Source: an uncultured Chloroflexia bacterium (GTDB taxonomy: Bacteria > Chloroflexota > Chloroflexia > QHBQ01 > JADMIH01). From it: a stretch of DNA of 64,000 nt. Every line of letters starts with the position of its first letter. Positions within the stretch are counted from its first letter, which is position 1. Shown here one piece after another: positions 20,881-30,978 of the stretch. Location of the stretch: NCBI GenBank assembly GCA_963797095.1, contig CAWCNY010000003.1, positions 480,001 to 544,000 of the forward strand. Direction: 5' to 3'. Below the pieces are notes generated by a model. It saw only the letters and a list, made by a program, of their open reading frames with translations. It was not told the DNA's origin and ran no database searches. A program made the translations under genes and the position numbers.

Positions 20881-23295
20881 TCATGAATTTATGGCACGCC
20901 AGACCTTTTCAGGGCGGAGGGGCATATCGATGTGCTTCACGCCGAGGTCGCTGAGGGCATCTACTACGGCATTGACGATCACGGGGGTGGAGGCGATAGT
21001 GCCAGCCTCGCCCACGCCTTTCACGCCGAGCGGGTTGACGGGCGAGGGGGTGATGGTCGCGCCTGTTTCGATGTTGGGTAGGTCGCTACTGAAGGGCACC
21101 GCGTAGTCCATGAGGGAGCCTGTGATCAACTGCCCTTCCTCGTCGTACACAACCTCTTCCCACAACGCCTGGGCAATACCCTGCGCCACACCGCCATGCA
21201 CCTGTCCATCGACAATCATGGGGTTGATCACGTTGCCGCAATCGTCCACCGCGATGTATCGCAAGATGGTGGTTTCGCCGGTCTCGGTGTCTACATCTAC
21301 CTCGGCGATATGGACGCCGAAAGGATAGGTAAAGTTTACAGGGTCGAAGAAAGCCACCTCGCTGAGGCCCGGTTCCAGGCCTTCTGGGAGGTCGTGGCCC
21401 GTATTGGCTGAGAGGGCGATATCTTCGAAGGAGACCGAACGCTTGACGGTGGGTGGTTGCGCGGCGGCTTCGGGCGTCTGCAATTTACCGCCCGCCACTA
21501 GGTCTTCGTCCAACGGCAGACCGCGCACTGTGATAATACCGTCGTGGATCTCCAGGTCTTCGGGAGCCACCTCTAGCTGGTGGGCCGCGATCTTGAGCAT
21601 CTTGTCGCGCACCTTGATGGCGGCATTGTTCACCGCCGTGCCGTCAACCGCCAGGCTGCGGCTTGCAAAGGTGCCGGTGCCGGTCTGGATCATGCCGGTA
21701 TCGCCCTCGAACACGCGCACTTTGCTGTGGTCGATGCCGAGTTGCTCGGCGGCTATCTGTGCCCAGCTTGTGAGGTGGCCCTGGCCGTGGCCGCTGGCGC
21801 CTGCGAACACCTCCACGGTGCCTGAGCGGTCGACTCGAACGGTGGCGCTGCCAAAAAGCTGGTTCCGCACGCCGAGGCCGGCCGTGGCTTGCCCAGGACC
21901 CCAACCCGCGATCTCCACGTAGGCCGCCATGCCGATGCCGCGCCGCACGCGTGGGTTGCCGCCATTGATCTCGTCGCGGCGCGCCTTCATGCCTGCGTAA
22001 TCGGCCATCTGGAGCGCCTTGTCGAGGGTTGGCACGTAGTTTCCGCTGTCATAGGCAAGACCGGCGGAACTGGTGAAGGGCCAATCTTCTTCCTGCACGA
22101 AGTTCTTGCGGCGCACCTCTGCCGGGTCCATCCCGATCTCGTCGGCGAGCATATCGACCGCACGCTCGATGGCGTAGGTGGCTTCGGGCCGGCCCGCCCC
22201 GCGATAGGCATCCACAAAGAGGGTGTTGGTGTAGCCCACGTGGATGTCTACCTGGAAGCCGCTCAGCTTGTAGTTGCCGGGGAGCATCAGCCCCGCGAGG
22301 ACCGGAAGACCGGCGGCGAAGAATCGGCAGTAGGCCCCAATGTTTGCGTAAAGCTTGACCCGAAGGCCCAGGATCGTGCCGTCACGCTTGGCGGCTATCT
22401 CGACGTAGTCGACTATGTCGCGCCCATGAACGGTGTTTTGCAGGTTTTCCTGGCGCGTCTCGATCCATTTGACCGGCCTGCCCGTGACTATCGCCATGAG
22501 GGGCACAATGAAGTCTTCGGGGAGGATGTTGAGCTTGGAGCCGAAGCCGCCGCCCACATCGGGCGCGATCACGCGGATATTGTTCTCAGGGATGCCGAGC
22601 ATCCCGGCCAGGTGGTGCTTGGTGAGGTGGGGAGTCTGGGTGCTGGACCAGATGGTAAGCTCGTTCATCGGCTTGTTGTACTGGGCCACGATACCCCGCG
22701 TTTCGATGGAGACGGGCGCAAGCCTCTGGTTCACCAGGCGCTGGGTGACCGTCACTTCGGCATCGCGGAAAGCGGCCTCGATATCGCCGGTGGTCACGCT
22801 GAACAGGTATGCCTGGTTGGTGCCCAGGCTTTCGTGCAGGATGGGTGCGCCATCTTTTAGGGCATCCTCGATGTTGGTGACGGCAGGCAGCGGATCGTAA
22901 TCGACATTCACCATATCAAGGGCATCTTCGATGCGATAGCGGTCATCAACCGCCACCGCCGCCACAGGCTCACCTACATAGCGCACCACATCGGTCGCCA
23001 TCGCCCAGTGTTCGGGGGCTTTCAAATCGGCGGGTATAACCCAGGTGATGGGCAGGGGCGATTTCTGGTGGGCGCGCACATCGGCTCCCGTAAGTTTGCC
23101 TCTTACCCAGGACTGCCCATCGAGGGCAGACATATCGATGTTCTTAATACGAGCGTGGGCGTACTGGCTGTGCACAATACCCACGTAAAGCATGCCGGGG
23201 AGCTTGATGTCATCGACATAGGTGCCTGCCCCGGTAACCAGCTTGGGGTCTTCATGCCGTCGCACGCTCGCGCCAACCATGTTGCCTATAGCCAT
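20881..23295 (-). CDS. coxL: Molybdopterin large subunit, form II CoxL-like
   Basis: GGGFGSK; active-site loop AYRGAGR (form II, not the form I AYxCSFR); GQVHGGVAQG; KGVGEAG. Confidence 0.88.
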   Translation of the reverse strand: MAIGNMVGASVRRHEDPKLVTGAGTYVDDIKLPGMLYVGIVHSQYAHARIKNIDMSALDGQSWVRGKLTGADVRAHQKSPLPITWVIPADLKAPEHWAMATDVVRYVGEPVAAVAVDDRYRIEDALDMVNVDYDPLPAVTNIEDALKDGAPILHESLGTNQAYLFSVTTGDIEAAFRDAEVTVTQRLVNQRLAPVSIETRGIVAQYNKPMNELTIWSSTQTPHLTKHHLAGMLGIPENNIRVIAPDVGGGFGSKLNILPEDFIVPLMAIVTGRPVKWIETRQENLQNTVHGRDIVDYVEIAAKRDGTILGLRVKLYANIGAYCRFFAAGLPVLAGLMLPGNYKLSGFQVDIHVGYTNTLFVDAYRGAGRPEATYAIERAVDMLADEIGMDPAEVRRKNFVQEEDWPFTSSAGLAYDSGNYVPTLDKALQMADYAGMKARRDEINGGNPRVRRGIGMAAYVEIAGWGPGQATAGLGVRNQLFGSATVRVDRSGTVEVFAGASGHGQGHLTSWAQIAAEQLGIDHSKVRVFEGDTGMIQTGTGTFASRSLAVDGTAVNNAAIKVRDKMLKIAAHQLEVAPEDLEIHDGIITVRGLPLDEDLVAGGKLQTPEAAAQPPTVKRSVSFEDIALSANTGHDLPEGLEPGLSEVAFFDPVNFTYPFGVHIAEVDVDTETGETTILRYIAVDDCGNVINPMIVDGQVHGGVAQGIAQALWEEVVYDEEGQLITGSLMDYAVPFSSDLPNIETGATITPSPVNPLGVKGVGEAGTIASTPVIVNAVVDALSDLGVKHIDMPLRPEKVWRAINS

Positions 23296-23342
23296 GTTAG
23301 ACCTCCTGATTGAAATGCGGTGTTCGGAATGAGAAGTAACTG

Positions 23343-23417
23343 CGTACTTCGTATTGCGTACCGCGTACTTCGTAGTGCTTACTTACTCGTCACTCGTCGT
23401 CACTCGTCGTCACTCGA
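23343..23417. repeat. CGTA(C/T)TN-type and ACTCGTC heptamer arrays between coxS and coxL
   Basis: cgtactt cgtattg cgtaccg cgtactt cgtagtg followed by actcgtc units. Confidence 0.85.
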
Positions 23418-23927
23418 CTACCGAGCCGGCATCATTTCGCCTCGCGACGAGGCTTCGGTGACATCCTGCCCGGCGGCGGCGCGCACGGCTTTCACTATAT
23501 TGTGGTAGCCTGTGCAGCGGCAGATATTGCCTTCGAGGCCATGCCTTATCTCCTCCTCCGAAGGATTGGGGTTATCCTTGAGGAGGGAGGCGGCAGACAT
23601 GATCATACCTGGGGTGCAATAGCCACACTGGAGGCCGTGGTGCTCCCAGAAGGCCGCCTGGAGGGGGTGCATCTCACCGGGCGTGGAGGCAAGCCCTTCG
23701 ATGGTGGTGACTTCGGCCCCATTAGCCTGCACCGCGAACATGGTGCACGACTTGACCGCCTGGCCGTTGAGGTGGACCGTGCAAGCGCCGCACTGGCTGG
23801 TATCGCAGCCTATATGCGTGCCTGTAAGGTCGAGATTCTCGCGCAGGTAGTGCACCAGGAGGGTGCGCGCCTCGATCTCGCTCTCGTGCTTCGTGCCGTT
23901 GACCGTAAGAGAAATCTTCTGCTTCAC
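23418..23927 (-). CDS. coxS: [2Fe-2S] small subunit (CoxS-like)
   Basis: [27 protein letters not shown]; AAGGAGG RBS. Confidence 0.92.
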   Translation of the reverse strand: MKQKISLTVNGTKHESEIEARTLLVHYLRENLDLTGTHIGCDTSQCGACTVHLNGQAVKSCTMFAVQANGAEVTTIEGLASTPGEMHPLQAAFWEHHGLQCGYCTPGMIMSAASLLKDNPNPSEEEIRHGLEGNICRCTGYHNIVKAVRAAAGQDVTEASSRGEMMPAR

Positions 23928-24364
23928 GATAGAACCTCCTTGTCTAAATAGCCCTCCATCGGACAGTGACAGTTATTGACCTGCCATAATCGAGAGACCG
24001 TGCCACCGGCGGGGTTGAAGCACGGGCGAAGCGTCGTCTATTCTATTGTCGGGAATCCTTGAAATTAGGTGGGCGATGGGGCGGGAAGAGCCCCAGGAGC
24101 AGGGACATGTGGGCAACAAAGGCAAAAATACCCAGCATGAATGAGGAAGGCTCCGTGGGACCTGTTTCGTGCGCCCGGTAGTGAGTCATCATAGCACAAA
24201 AGCCAAGCACGCGCAACGCTCATTGAGAGTGGGATCAAGGTCAGATTCTGTGGGTTTAAAAGAAGAATTCTACTCTGCCTCAGGCTGGATTTCGGTGCAC
24301 CACTGAGATGGAATCTGTTGTATAATGGCATCCGGGATCGCTTTGTGAAAGGGGTAACAAAGTC

Positions 24365-25801
24365 ATGATGAAGATCGACACCAATAATGAAGCCGCCCTT
24401 CAAGCTGTAACCGAGCATTTACGCCAGTACGACACCCTGATCCTGGCAACCTCCGAGCGTGGACAGCCCTGGACGGCCGGCGTCTTCTTCGCCCACGAGG
24501 TCAGGCCCAACGGCAGGATTGTGCTCTATGCGACGATGATTCAAGGCTCCCGGAAGGTAGATACTTTGCGGAGAAATCCGAAGGTCGGGTTCTACGTCGG
24601 CCCGCGTGAGCCTTCCAAATGGCTGCAAGGATCGGGGCGCGCGGTCATAGCCCGCAACGCGGAGCTAATCGAGCAGGGCAAATCTATAGTGCGCGAGCAG
24701 GCTCCAGCTGCCGGGATGTTCATCGACCATGTGCCCGTTCATGTAGTGCGCATCTTCGTTGAACAGGCGCAGCTCACCGACCTGCCAGGGAGGTATAAAG
24801 CGGAACTTTACAACAGCGACTTGCCGAAGCCCGATGAAAGCCGCAAAGAGAAGGTAATACGCATCGTCAAGCGGCTGGACAGGGCGACCCGCGCGCAGGC
24901 GCTGCCTGTGATGGCGCTGCCTGTAGCGCTCGGAGCGGCGCTGTCGTGGCAAGACGGGTATCGCTTCCGCCCGGCAGCTTTCGCCTTAACCGCCATAGGA
25001 GCGGCAGCCGCCCACCTGGCGGCTAACGTGACCAACGACTATTTCGACTATGAGGAAGGCACCGACGAGCGAGCGTCAATCGAGCCTGGGGCGGTCGATA
25101 CGAGCAGCGGAATCCTGATAAGGGGGGACATGAGCCAGGGCGAGGTCAAGCGCCTGATGTGGGGTCTATGGGGCACGGCGCTCGGGTCGGGCGTGGCGCT
25201 GGCGGCGCTATCGGCCCCGGCGGTGCTTGCTCTGGGGGCGGCGGGGTTCGCGCTGGGCTATTTCTACGTGGCCCCTCCCGTCAAAGTCGGATACATAGGG
25301 CGTGGGTTGGGCGAGGTCGATGTGCTGTTATCGTTCGGGGTCCTGCCGGTGCTTGGTAGCTACTACGTGCAAAGCCGCAAGCTCTCGTGGAAGCCGGTCA
25401 TAAGCTCGCTGCCGCTCGGCCTGCTGACCACCGACGTGTTGTTCAACCATCACTTCCTGCACTCGCAGAGCGACCGCGCCTCCGGCAAGATGTCGCCGGT
25501 AGCCGTGCTGGGAGAGAGCGAGGCGGCCAAAGCATCCGCCGGGATAGCTAAGGCAGCCTTCGCTTCGATGGTGGTCGGAGTGCTGACGAAATCGCTCCCC
25601 TTGATGTCGCTGGCGGCGATCTCTGCGGCCCCTAAGCTACTAGGGGCAATTGACAAGGCAGGCAGGGAAAAGAACCTCCGCGCCTATGGCGAGCTAATGG
25701 CATCAACCATGGAGGCCACATCGAAAGCGGGCGGCGTGCTTGTGGGCGCTGCAATCCTATCGGGGGTGCTACGCAGGCTCACGCGCAAGAAAGGCGCATA
25801 A
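24365..25801 (+). CDS. Fusion of a PNPOx-like split beta-barrel domain and a MenA/UbiA-family prenyltransferase
   Basis: N-terminal LILATS..GQPW...SRKV..LRRNPKVGF; C-terminal multi-TM region with ANVTNDYFDY..GTD and YFYVAPP. Confidence 0.78.
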   Translation: MMKIDTNNEAALQAVTEHLRQYDTLILATSERGQPWTAGVFFAHEVRPNGRIVLYATMIQGSRKVDTLRRNPKVGFYVGPREPSKWLQGSGRAVIARNAELIEQGKSIVREQAPAAGMFIDHVPVHVVRIFVEQAQLTDLPGRYKAELYNSDLPKPDESRKEKVIRIVKRLDRATRAQALPVMALPVALGAALSWQDGYRFRPAAFALTAIGAAAAHLAANVTNDYFDYEEGTDERASIEPGAVDTSSGILIRGDMSQGEVKRLMWGLWGTALGSGVALAALSAPAVLALGAAGFALGYFYVAPPVKVGYIGRGLGEVDVLLSFGVLPVLGSYYVQSRKLSWKPVISSLPLGLLTTDVLFNHHFLHSQSDRASGKMSPVAVLGESEAAKASAGIAKAAFASMVVGVLTKSLPLMSLAAISAAPKLLGAIDKAGREKNLRAYGELMASTMEATSKAGGVLVGAAILSGVLRRLTRKKGA

Positions 25802-25929
25802 GGATGGCCCCTGAAACGGGAAGCCATCCGGTGGAGAGGAACCGCTCTGGAGGGCCACCACTGGCTATTTTCGCAACGCGTGCGCGACCTCAGCCCCGAT
25901 GAATGGGGAGCGCAATTGGCGAGAAGCGA

Positions 25930-26511
25930 TCAGTAGATAAAAGGGATAAGACGCCACGTGCGGTGAGAGTAGGCCGGGTACTCCTGCGGGAAGGCGTCAG
26001 ATAGCATAGCTTCTTCTGTTTGTATGCGATAACGGTAGGCTCGTCCGAGGATGATGGTAGCAAGCGCGGCCACAATCCTGTTTGACGAGGCGATGCCTCC
26101 GCCAATTCCCAATAAGAGAACGCCAAGATAACCGGGGTGGCGAACCAGGCTATATGGGCCTACCGTAATAAGGTGCTGGCTCTCGTCGGTTCGGAGGGTG
26201 CGAGTGTAGTAGGCTCCCAGCACGCGGCTGGCCCACACGCGGATTGCCAGGCCAGCAAGCATCACGGCGACCCCACCCCACGCGGCCTTCTCATTGCGAG
26301 AGCGTCCCAGATGCACCCGGTTCAGGAAAGGCGCGGCCACTAGAGCTATGATCGTTGAGCCGAGGGCCGAGCCAACTACCCGCCTGCTTCCTTTGTCCTC
26401 CTGCCCGCCTTGCCAGGTCCTGGCGTTCTGGCCCTGCCGCAAAAGGCGCTCTACGGCAATGAAACAGCCGACAAGAGTATATGCAACGTGAATGGGACGC
26501 AGTTGAGACAT
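25930..26511 (-). CDS. Isoprenylcysteine carboxylmethyltransferase (ICMT/PEMT) family protein
   Basis: LITVGPYSLVRHPGYLG, RIQTEEAML, TWRLIPFIY. Confidence 0.85.
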   Translation of the reverse strand: MSQLRPIHVAYTLVGCFIAVERLLRQGQNARTWQGGQEDKGSRRVVGSALGSTIIALVAAPFLNRVHLGRSRNEKAAWGGVAVMLAGLAIRVWASRVLGAYYTRTLRTDESQHLITVGPYSLVRHPGYLGVLLLGIGGGIASSNRIVAALATIILGRAYRYRIQTEEAMLSDAFPQEYPAYSHRTWRLIPFIY

Positions 26512-26543
26512 AGTGTAATGTGTATTCAGCGAGCAGGTTCAGT

Positions 26544-27191
26544 TTAGGCGTTGCTTTGCGCGTCCGCAGATACGAGGCCAACGCGCACGGCGTAGAGGGC
26601 GGCCTGGGTGCGGCTAGGCACGCTCAGTTTGCCCAGGATGTTGCTCACGTGGGTTTTGACAGTCTTTTCACTGAGGGTCAGGGCCTGGGCGATCTCTTTG
26701 TTGGAGTTGCCCTGGGCAAGCAAGCGCAAAACATCGGTCTCGCGCTCGCTGAGTGGTTCGGGGCTTTCGGGGGCGCGCACTTCGCGCATGAGGGTGGCGG
26801 CGGCCTGAGGAGAGAGTTGCACCTGCCCGGCGGCGGCGGCTTTGATAGCCCGGCATAGCTCGTCGGCCTCGGTGTCTTTGAGCAAATAGCCAATTGCGCC
26901 AGCGCGCACAGCACCTACCACCTTGGAATCTTCGAGGACGCTGGTGAGGGCGATCACTTCGGTGTCGGGCAGGTCGCGGCGTATGTGCCCGATGGCCGTG
27001 ATCCCGTCCATTTTGGGCATCAGTAGGTCCATCAGCACCACATCGGGGGTGAGCTCGTGGGCCATATGCACCGCTTCCTGGCCATCGGAGGCCTCACCTA
27101 TGATCTCGAAATCGGGATCGAGACCCAGGAAGGTGCGCAAGCCTTTGCGGACTACGCTGTGATCGTCAACTATCAGGACACGGATAGCCAT
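26544..27191 (-). CDS. NarL/LuxR-family response regulator
   Basis: [40 protein letters not shown]. Confidence 0.93.
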   Translation of the reverse strand: MAIRVLIVDDHSVVRKGLRTFLGLDPDFEIIGEASDGQEAVHMAHELTPDVVLMDLLMPKMDGITAIGHIRRDLPDTEVIALTSVLEDSKVVGAVRAGAIGYLLKDTEADELCRAIKAAAAGQVQLSPQAAATLMREVRAPESPEPLSERETDVLRLLAQGNSNKEIAQALTLSEKTVKTHVSNILGKLSVPSRTQAALYAVRVGLVSADAQSNA

Positions 27192-27562
27192 GTGTGACCT
27201 TTATCTGGAATGCGGCCTGGCACCTGACCTGGAATTTCACTAACAGACGAGGAAAGACTGGGTACAAGCGAGAGGTCGCAATCGAATGCTGGCAGGCTTA
27301 TACACCCACACAGTATAAGGAGTAATCTGCCGAGGATCGTACCATATTGCGTGCCGGTGCGCAACCGGCGCTACATCTTTTGGAGTAGTGGAAGGCTAGG
27401 ACTTAAGTTGTGAGGGCCTTGATACGTCTGCCTGCTGTGCCTGGCACCGACTGTGGCTATACTCAATATAGATGGTACCGGCGGGTAATAGTGCCGGAGA
27501 CCATACTATTAGGCAAGAGGCATAAGGTGAGCGGACGAACTTGTGCTTGATCAGGAGTTGAT

Positions 27563-27991
27563 ATGGGCTCAGGAAATAGAAAGGCTGTAATGATCACTAT
27601 GTTATTGGTGGACGATCAACCCGCAGTGTTGCAGGCTTTGCGTGAGTGCTTCGCGCTTGAGCCGGACCTGAAAATAGTGGGAGAAGCGGAAGACGGGGAG
27701 GCCGCGCTCGCCCTGGCACGTGACCTCCACCCCGATATTATGCTGACCGATATTGCGATGCCGAATATGGACGGCATCGCGGCTACCGAGGCAATACAGA
27801 GGCTTTCGCCAGACACGAAGGTTGTGATTTTGACAGTACACGACAACAAAGCAATGCGAGTGCAGGCGTTCGCCGCCGGCGCGGTGGCGTTCATAGCCAA
27901 GCATGAGCCTGCCGAGACGTTGCTGGATGCGATACACAAGGCGGTAGGCAGCATTGAGACAGACGAAGGGCGAAAGACGGAGGACGAGTGA
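27563..27991 (+). CDS. Stand-alone response regulator receiver
   Basis: LLVDDQ, PDIMLTDIAMP.MDG, ILT, FIAK; AGGAG RBS. Confidence 0.88.
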   Translation: MGSGNRKAVMITMLLVDDQPAVLQALRECFALEPDLKIVGEAEDGEAALALARDLHPDIMLTDIAMPNMDGIAATEAIQRLSPDTKVVILTVHDNKAMRVQAFAAGAVAFIAKHEPAETLLDAIHKAVGSIETDEGRKTEDE

Positions 27992-28088
27992 GTATTGCGT
28001 ACTGCGTATTCCATAATCCTCCGACTACCGATTACCATCAATCAGGAACTTGGAACTTGGAACTTGGAACTACCGACTACCGACTACC
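27962..28088. repeat. Compound heptamer array (GACGAAG, CGTATTG, CCGACTA and GGAACTT types)
   Basis: Four unit types in series, read directly. Confidence 0.88.
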
Positions 28089-28176
28089 TTCATCCCCCGA
28101 ATAGAGTAAAATAGAAGGACATTTCTATCGCGCTCTTGAGTGATCCTTTGCAGAGCGTGGCTGGAAGGATTTGTAT

Positions 28177-30972
28177 ATGTCCCGTGCTGTAGAGGGGCGA
28201 GCTAACTCCTCTGAAGAGGCATTTAGTCCCGCTGACGATAGCTACCGCCACTTGATAGACTCGCTTGGCGGTCTGATCTGGGAATTTGACGCACGAACAA
28301 TGCGATACACGTTCGTGAACAAGGGTGCGGAGCGATTGCTTGGCTACCCGGCCACGCGATGGATCGATGAGCCTGGGTTCTGGCTGGACCACGTCCACCC
28401 GGAGGACCGCGAGCGCGCAGTCAAGACACGCGCCGAGGCAATAAGGGATGGACGGTCGCACGATTCCGAGTACAGGATGATAGCGGCAGATGGCCGGGAT
28501 GTATGGCTCCGCGAGCTTGTGACGGTAGTGGTCAAAGACGGCGTGACGGTCAAACTGCGAGGGATGCAAGCCGAGAGATCACAGCGCATCCAGGCTCTTG
28601 AGACTCTGAGGGAGAAAGAAGAGCAGTATCATAGGGTGTTCGAGGCCACTACGGATGGCCTGGTAGTGAACGATTGGGATGGCAATGTGGTCGAGGTCAA
28701 CCCGGCCTTCCACAGGATGCACGGCTACACCCATGATGAGATGGTGGGGATTGACCCCAGGAAGTTCGTGCACCCCGACTACCACGAGCACTTGAGGAGC
28801 TTTTTCGAGACGGTCAAGGATGGGCATCAGTTCTACACGCGGGCTATGGACATCCGCAAGGATGGCACCGCTTTCCATATCGAGGTGTACGGGGTGCCGT
28901 TCCTCTACAACGGCAAACCGCATATACTCGGCATCCTGCGCGATATTACCGAGCAGGTAGAGGCTTACGAGCTGCTCAGGCTCGAAGAGGAGCAGTACCG
29001 CGCCGTGTGGGAGGCCACCACCGACGGCCTGGCAATCGCCGAGATGACGATGGGCACGATAGTGGAGGTCAACCCCGCGTTTGCCCGCATGCATGGCTAC
29101 ACCGTCGAGGAAATGGTGGGCATGCACCCGACGGCATTCGTGCATCCTGACGATTACGAGGTACAAGCAGAGTTTGTGGAGAAGGCCAGAAGGGGAGAGC
29201 GGGCCCACGCCGAGGGTAAGGACGTTCGCAAAGACGGCACGTCTTTTCCTATAGAAGTCTATGCGGCCCCGTTCATGTATAACGACCAGCTTCACATCCT
29301 CGCGATAATGCGAGATATTACTGAGCGATCACGGGCCGAAGAACAGCTAAGACTCAAAGAGGAGCAATACCGCTCGGTGTGGGAAGCTACGAGCGATGGC
29401 CTGGCTATCGCCGACCTGGACGCCAACGTGGTCGATGTGAACCCGGCATGGTGCAGGATGCACGGCTACACCCGCGAAGAGATGATGAAGTTGCACCCGG
29501 TCGATTATATCCACCCGGATAGCCTGCATCTGTTCGCCGATTATTATGATAAGGTGAGAGCCGGAGAGCGGTTCCAGACCGAGGCCGTGGATGTCCGTAA
29601 GGACGGCACACCCTTCAACGTGGAAGTGCACGAAGAGCCGATCATGTACAACGGCAAGCGCCACACTCTCACGATCCTGCGCGATATCACCGAGCGAGCG
29701 CAGGCGCGCGAGCTGTTGGAACAGCGTGTGGAAGAGCGTACGCGGGAGCTATCGACGCTGTTGGAGGTGTCGGCCAATGTAGCGTCTACATTGGAGTTGA
29801 AACCGCTTTTGAGCCGTATTCTCGAACAGCTGAAGGAAGTTGTGAGCTATAGCCGAGCCTCCATCACTGTGGGCGACAAACCTGAGGTGGCGTGGGACAA
29901 AGAGCGACTGGGTGAGGCCACGGTCACCAGCGTGAGCGCCTGGGGCGACCCAGATTTGCAGGAGCCTGTGCCCGATCACAAGCCTGCTTTCCTGGGAGAG
30001 GTAGACGAGGTTGGCACCAACCTGCAAGAGGGCAGGACGTACATAGTGCACGACGTTCACGAAGCCTCTGTACCTCTGCAACAAATGGTGCTACACACCC
30101 TGGAGAACAATGACCCGGCAACCATCGAGAGCCTGCTGAAGGAAGAACACTCGATCCTGTTCGTGCCGCTTGCTCAGAAAGGAATCACGATAGGCGGGAT
30201 GACGCTCCGGCACAAGAAGCCAGGATATTATACCGAGCGGCACGCCAGACTGGCTATGGGTATAGCGAGCCAGGCGGCTATCGCCATAGAGAACGGGCGG
30301 TTGCTGGTGCAGGCCCACGAGAAGGCCGCGCTTGAGGAACGGCAAAGGTTGGCCCGCGAGTTGCACGATTCGGTCACGCAATCGCTGTTCAGCATCAACC
30401 TGATCGCCCGCAGCGTAGAGGTGATGCTCCAGCGCGAAGGCACGCACTCGCCTGAGACCCTGGAGAAGATGTCGGATCTCAGGCAGCTAACGCAGGGGGC
30501 GCTGGCCGAGATGAGGGCGCTGATATTCGAGTTGCGGCCCGGCGCGCTGGAGGAAGAAGGGCTGCTGCAAGCTATCCGCAAGCACGCCGCAGCCGTGCAG
30601 GGCCGTGAGCAGTTGCAGGTGGAGGTGATAGCGGTCGAATCTCAGATCCCGCGCCTGAAACCTTCCGCCGAAGAAGCATTGTATAGAATAGCCCAGGAAT
30701 CGCTGCACAACATAGTCAAGCACGCCAAGGCAACCAGGGTCGAGGTCTGCCTGGTGGTAGTAAAAGATGAAAGCGATGGCGGATCGCTGGTATTGCGAGT
30801 GGCCGATGATGGGATCGGGTTCAATACGGGCGAGGTACCGTCTGGGCACATGGGCCTGGGCACAATGAGCCAGCGCGCCTCTGCCCTCGGCGGTACGTGC
30901 ACGATCGAAAGCACACCCGGCAAGGGCACCGTCGTTGTAGCGCGCATACCGCTCATGGAGTGGCAGGTATAG
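28177..30972 (+). CDS. Cytoplasmic sensor kinase: 4 PAS, GAF, HisKA_3, HATPase
   Basis: Repeated HPD/RKDG/RDITE PAS motifs; ERQRLARELHDSVTQ; QESLHNIVKHA; DDGIGF; GMGLGTM-like G box. Confidence 0.92.
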   Translation: MSRAVEGRANSSEEAFSPADDSYRHLIDSLGGLIWEFDARTMRYTFVNKGAERLLGYPATRWIDEPGFWLDHVHPEDRERAVKTRAEAIRDGRSHDSEYRMIAADGRDVWLRELVTVVVKDGVTVKLRGMQAERSQRIQALETLREKEEQYHRVFEATTDGLVVNDWDGNVVEVNPAFHRMHGYTHDEMVGIDPRKFVHPDYHEHLRSFFETVKDGHQFYTRAMDIRKDGTAFHIEVYGVPFLYNGKPHILGILRDITEQVEAYELLRLEEEQYRAVWEATTDGLAIAEMTMGTIVEVNPAFARMHGYTVEEMVGMHPTAFVHPDDYEVQAEFVEKARRGERAHAEGKDVRKDGTSFPIEVYAAPFMYNDQLHILAIMRDITERSRAEEQLRLKEEQYRSVWEATSDGLAIADLDANVVDVNPAWCRMHGYTREEMMKLHPVDYIHPDSLHLFADYYDKVRAGERFQTEAVDVRKDGTPFNVEVHEEPIMYNGKRHTLTILRDITERAQARELLEQRVEERTRELSTLLEVSANVASTLELKPLLSRILEQLKEVVSYSRASITVGDKPEVAWDKERLGEATVTSVSAWGDPDLQEPVPDHKPAFLGEVDEVGTNLQEGRTYIVHDVHEASVPLQQMVLHTLENNDPATIESLLKEEHSILFVPLAQKGITIGGMTLRHKKPGYYTERHARLAMGIASQAAIAIENGRLLVQAHEKAALEERQRLARELHDSVTQSLFSINLIARSVEVMLQREGTHSPETLEKMSDLRQLTQGALAEMRALIFELRPGALEEEGLLQAIRKHAAAVQGREQLQVEVIAVESQIPRLKPSAEEALYRIAQESLHNIVKHAKATRVEVCLVVVKDESDGGSLVLRVADDGIGFNTGEVPSGHMGLGTMSQRASALGGTCTIESTPGKGTVVVARIPLMEWQV

Positions 30973-30978
30973 GTGTTG

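Noticed and set aside
20881-23295. Bona fide aerobic CO dehydrogenase
   Set aside because: AYRGAGR loop and S-L-M order indicate form II
23928-24364. Moco riboswitch upstream of coxS
   Set aside because: No recognisable motif
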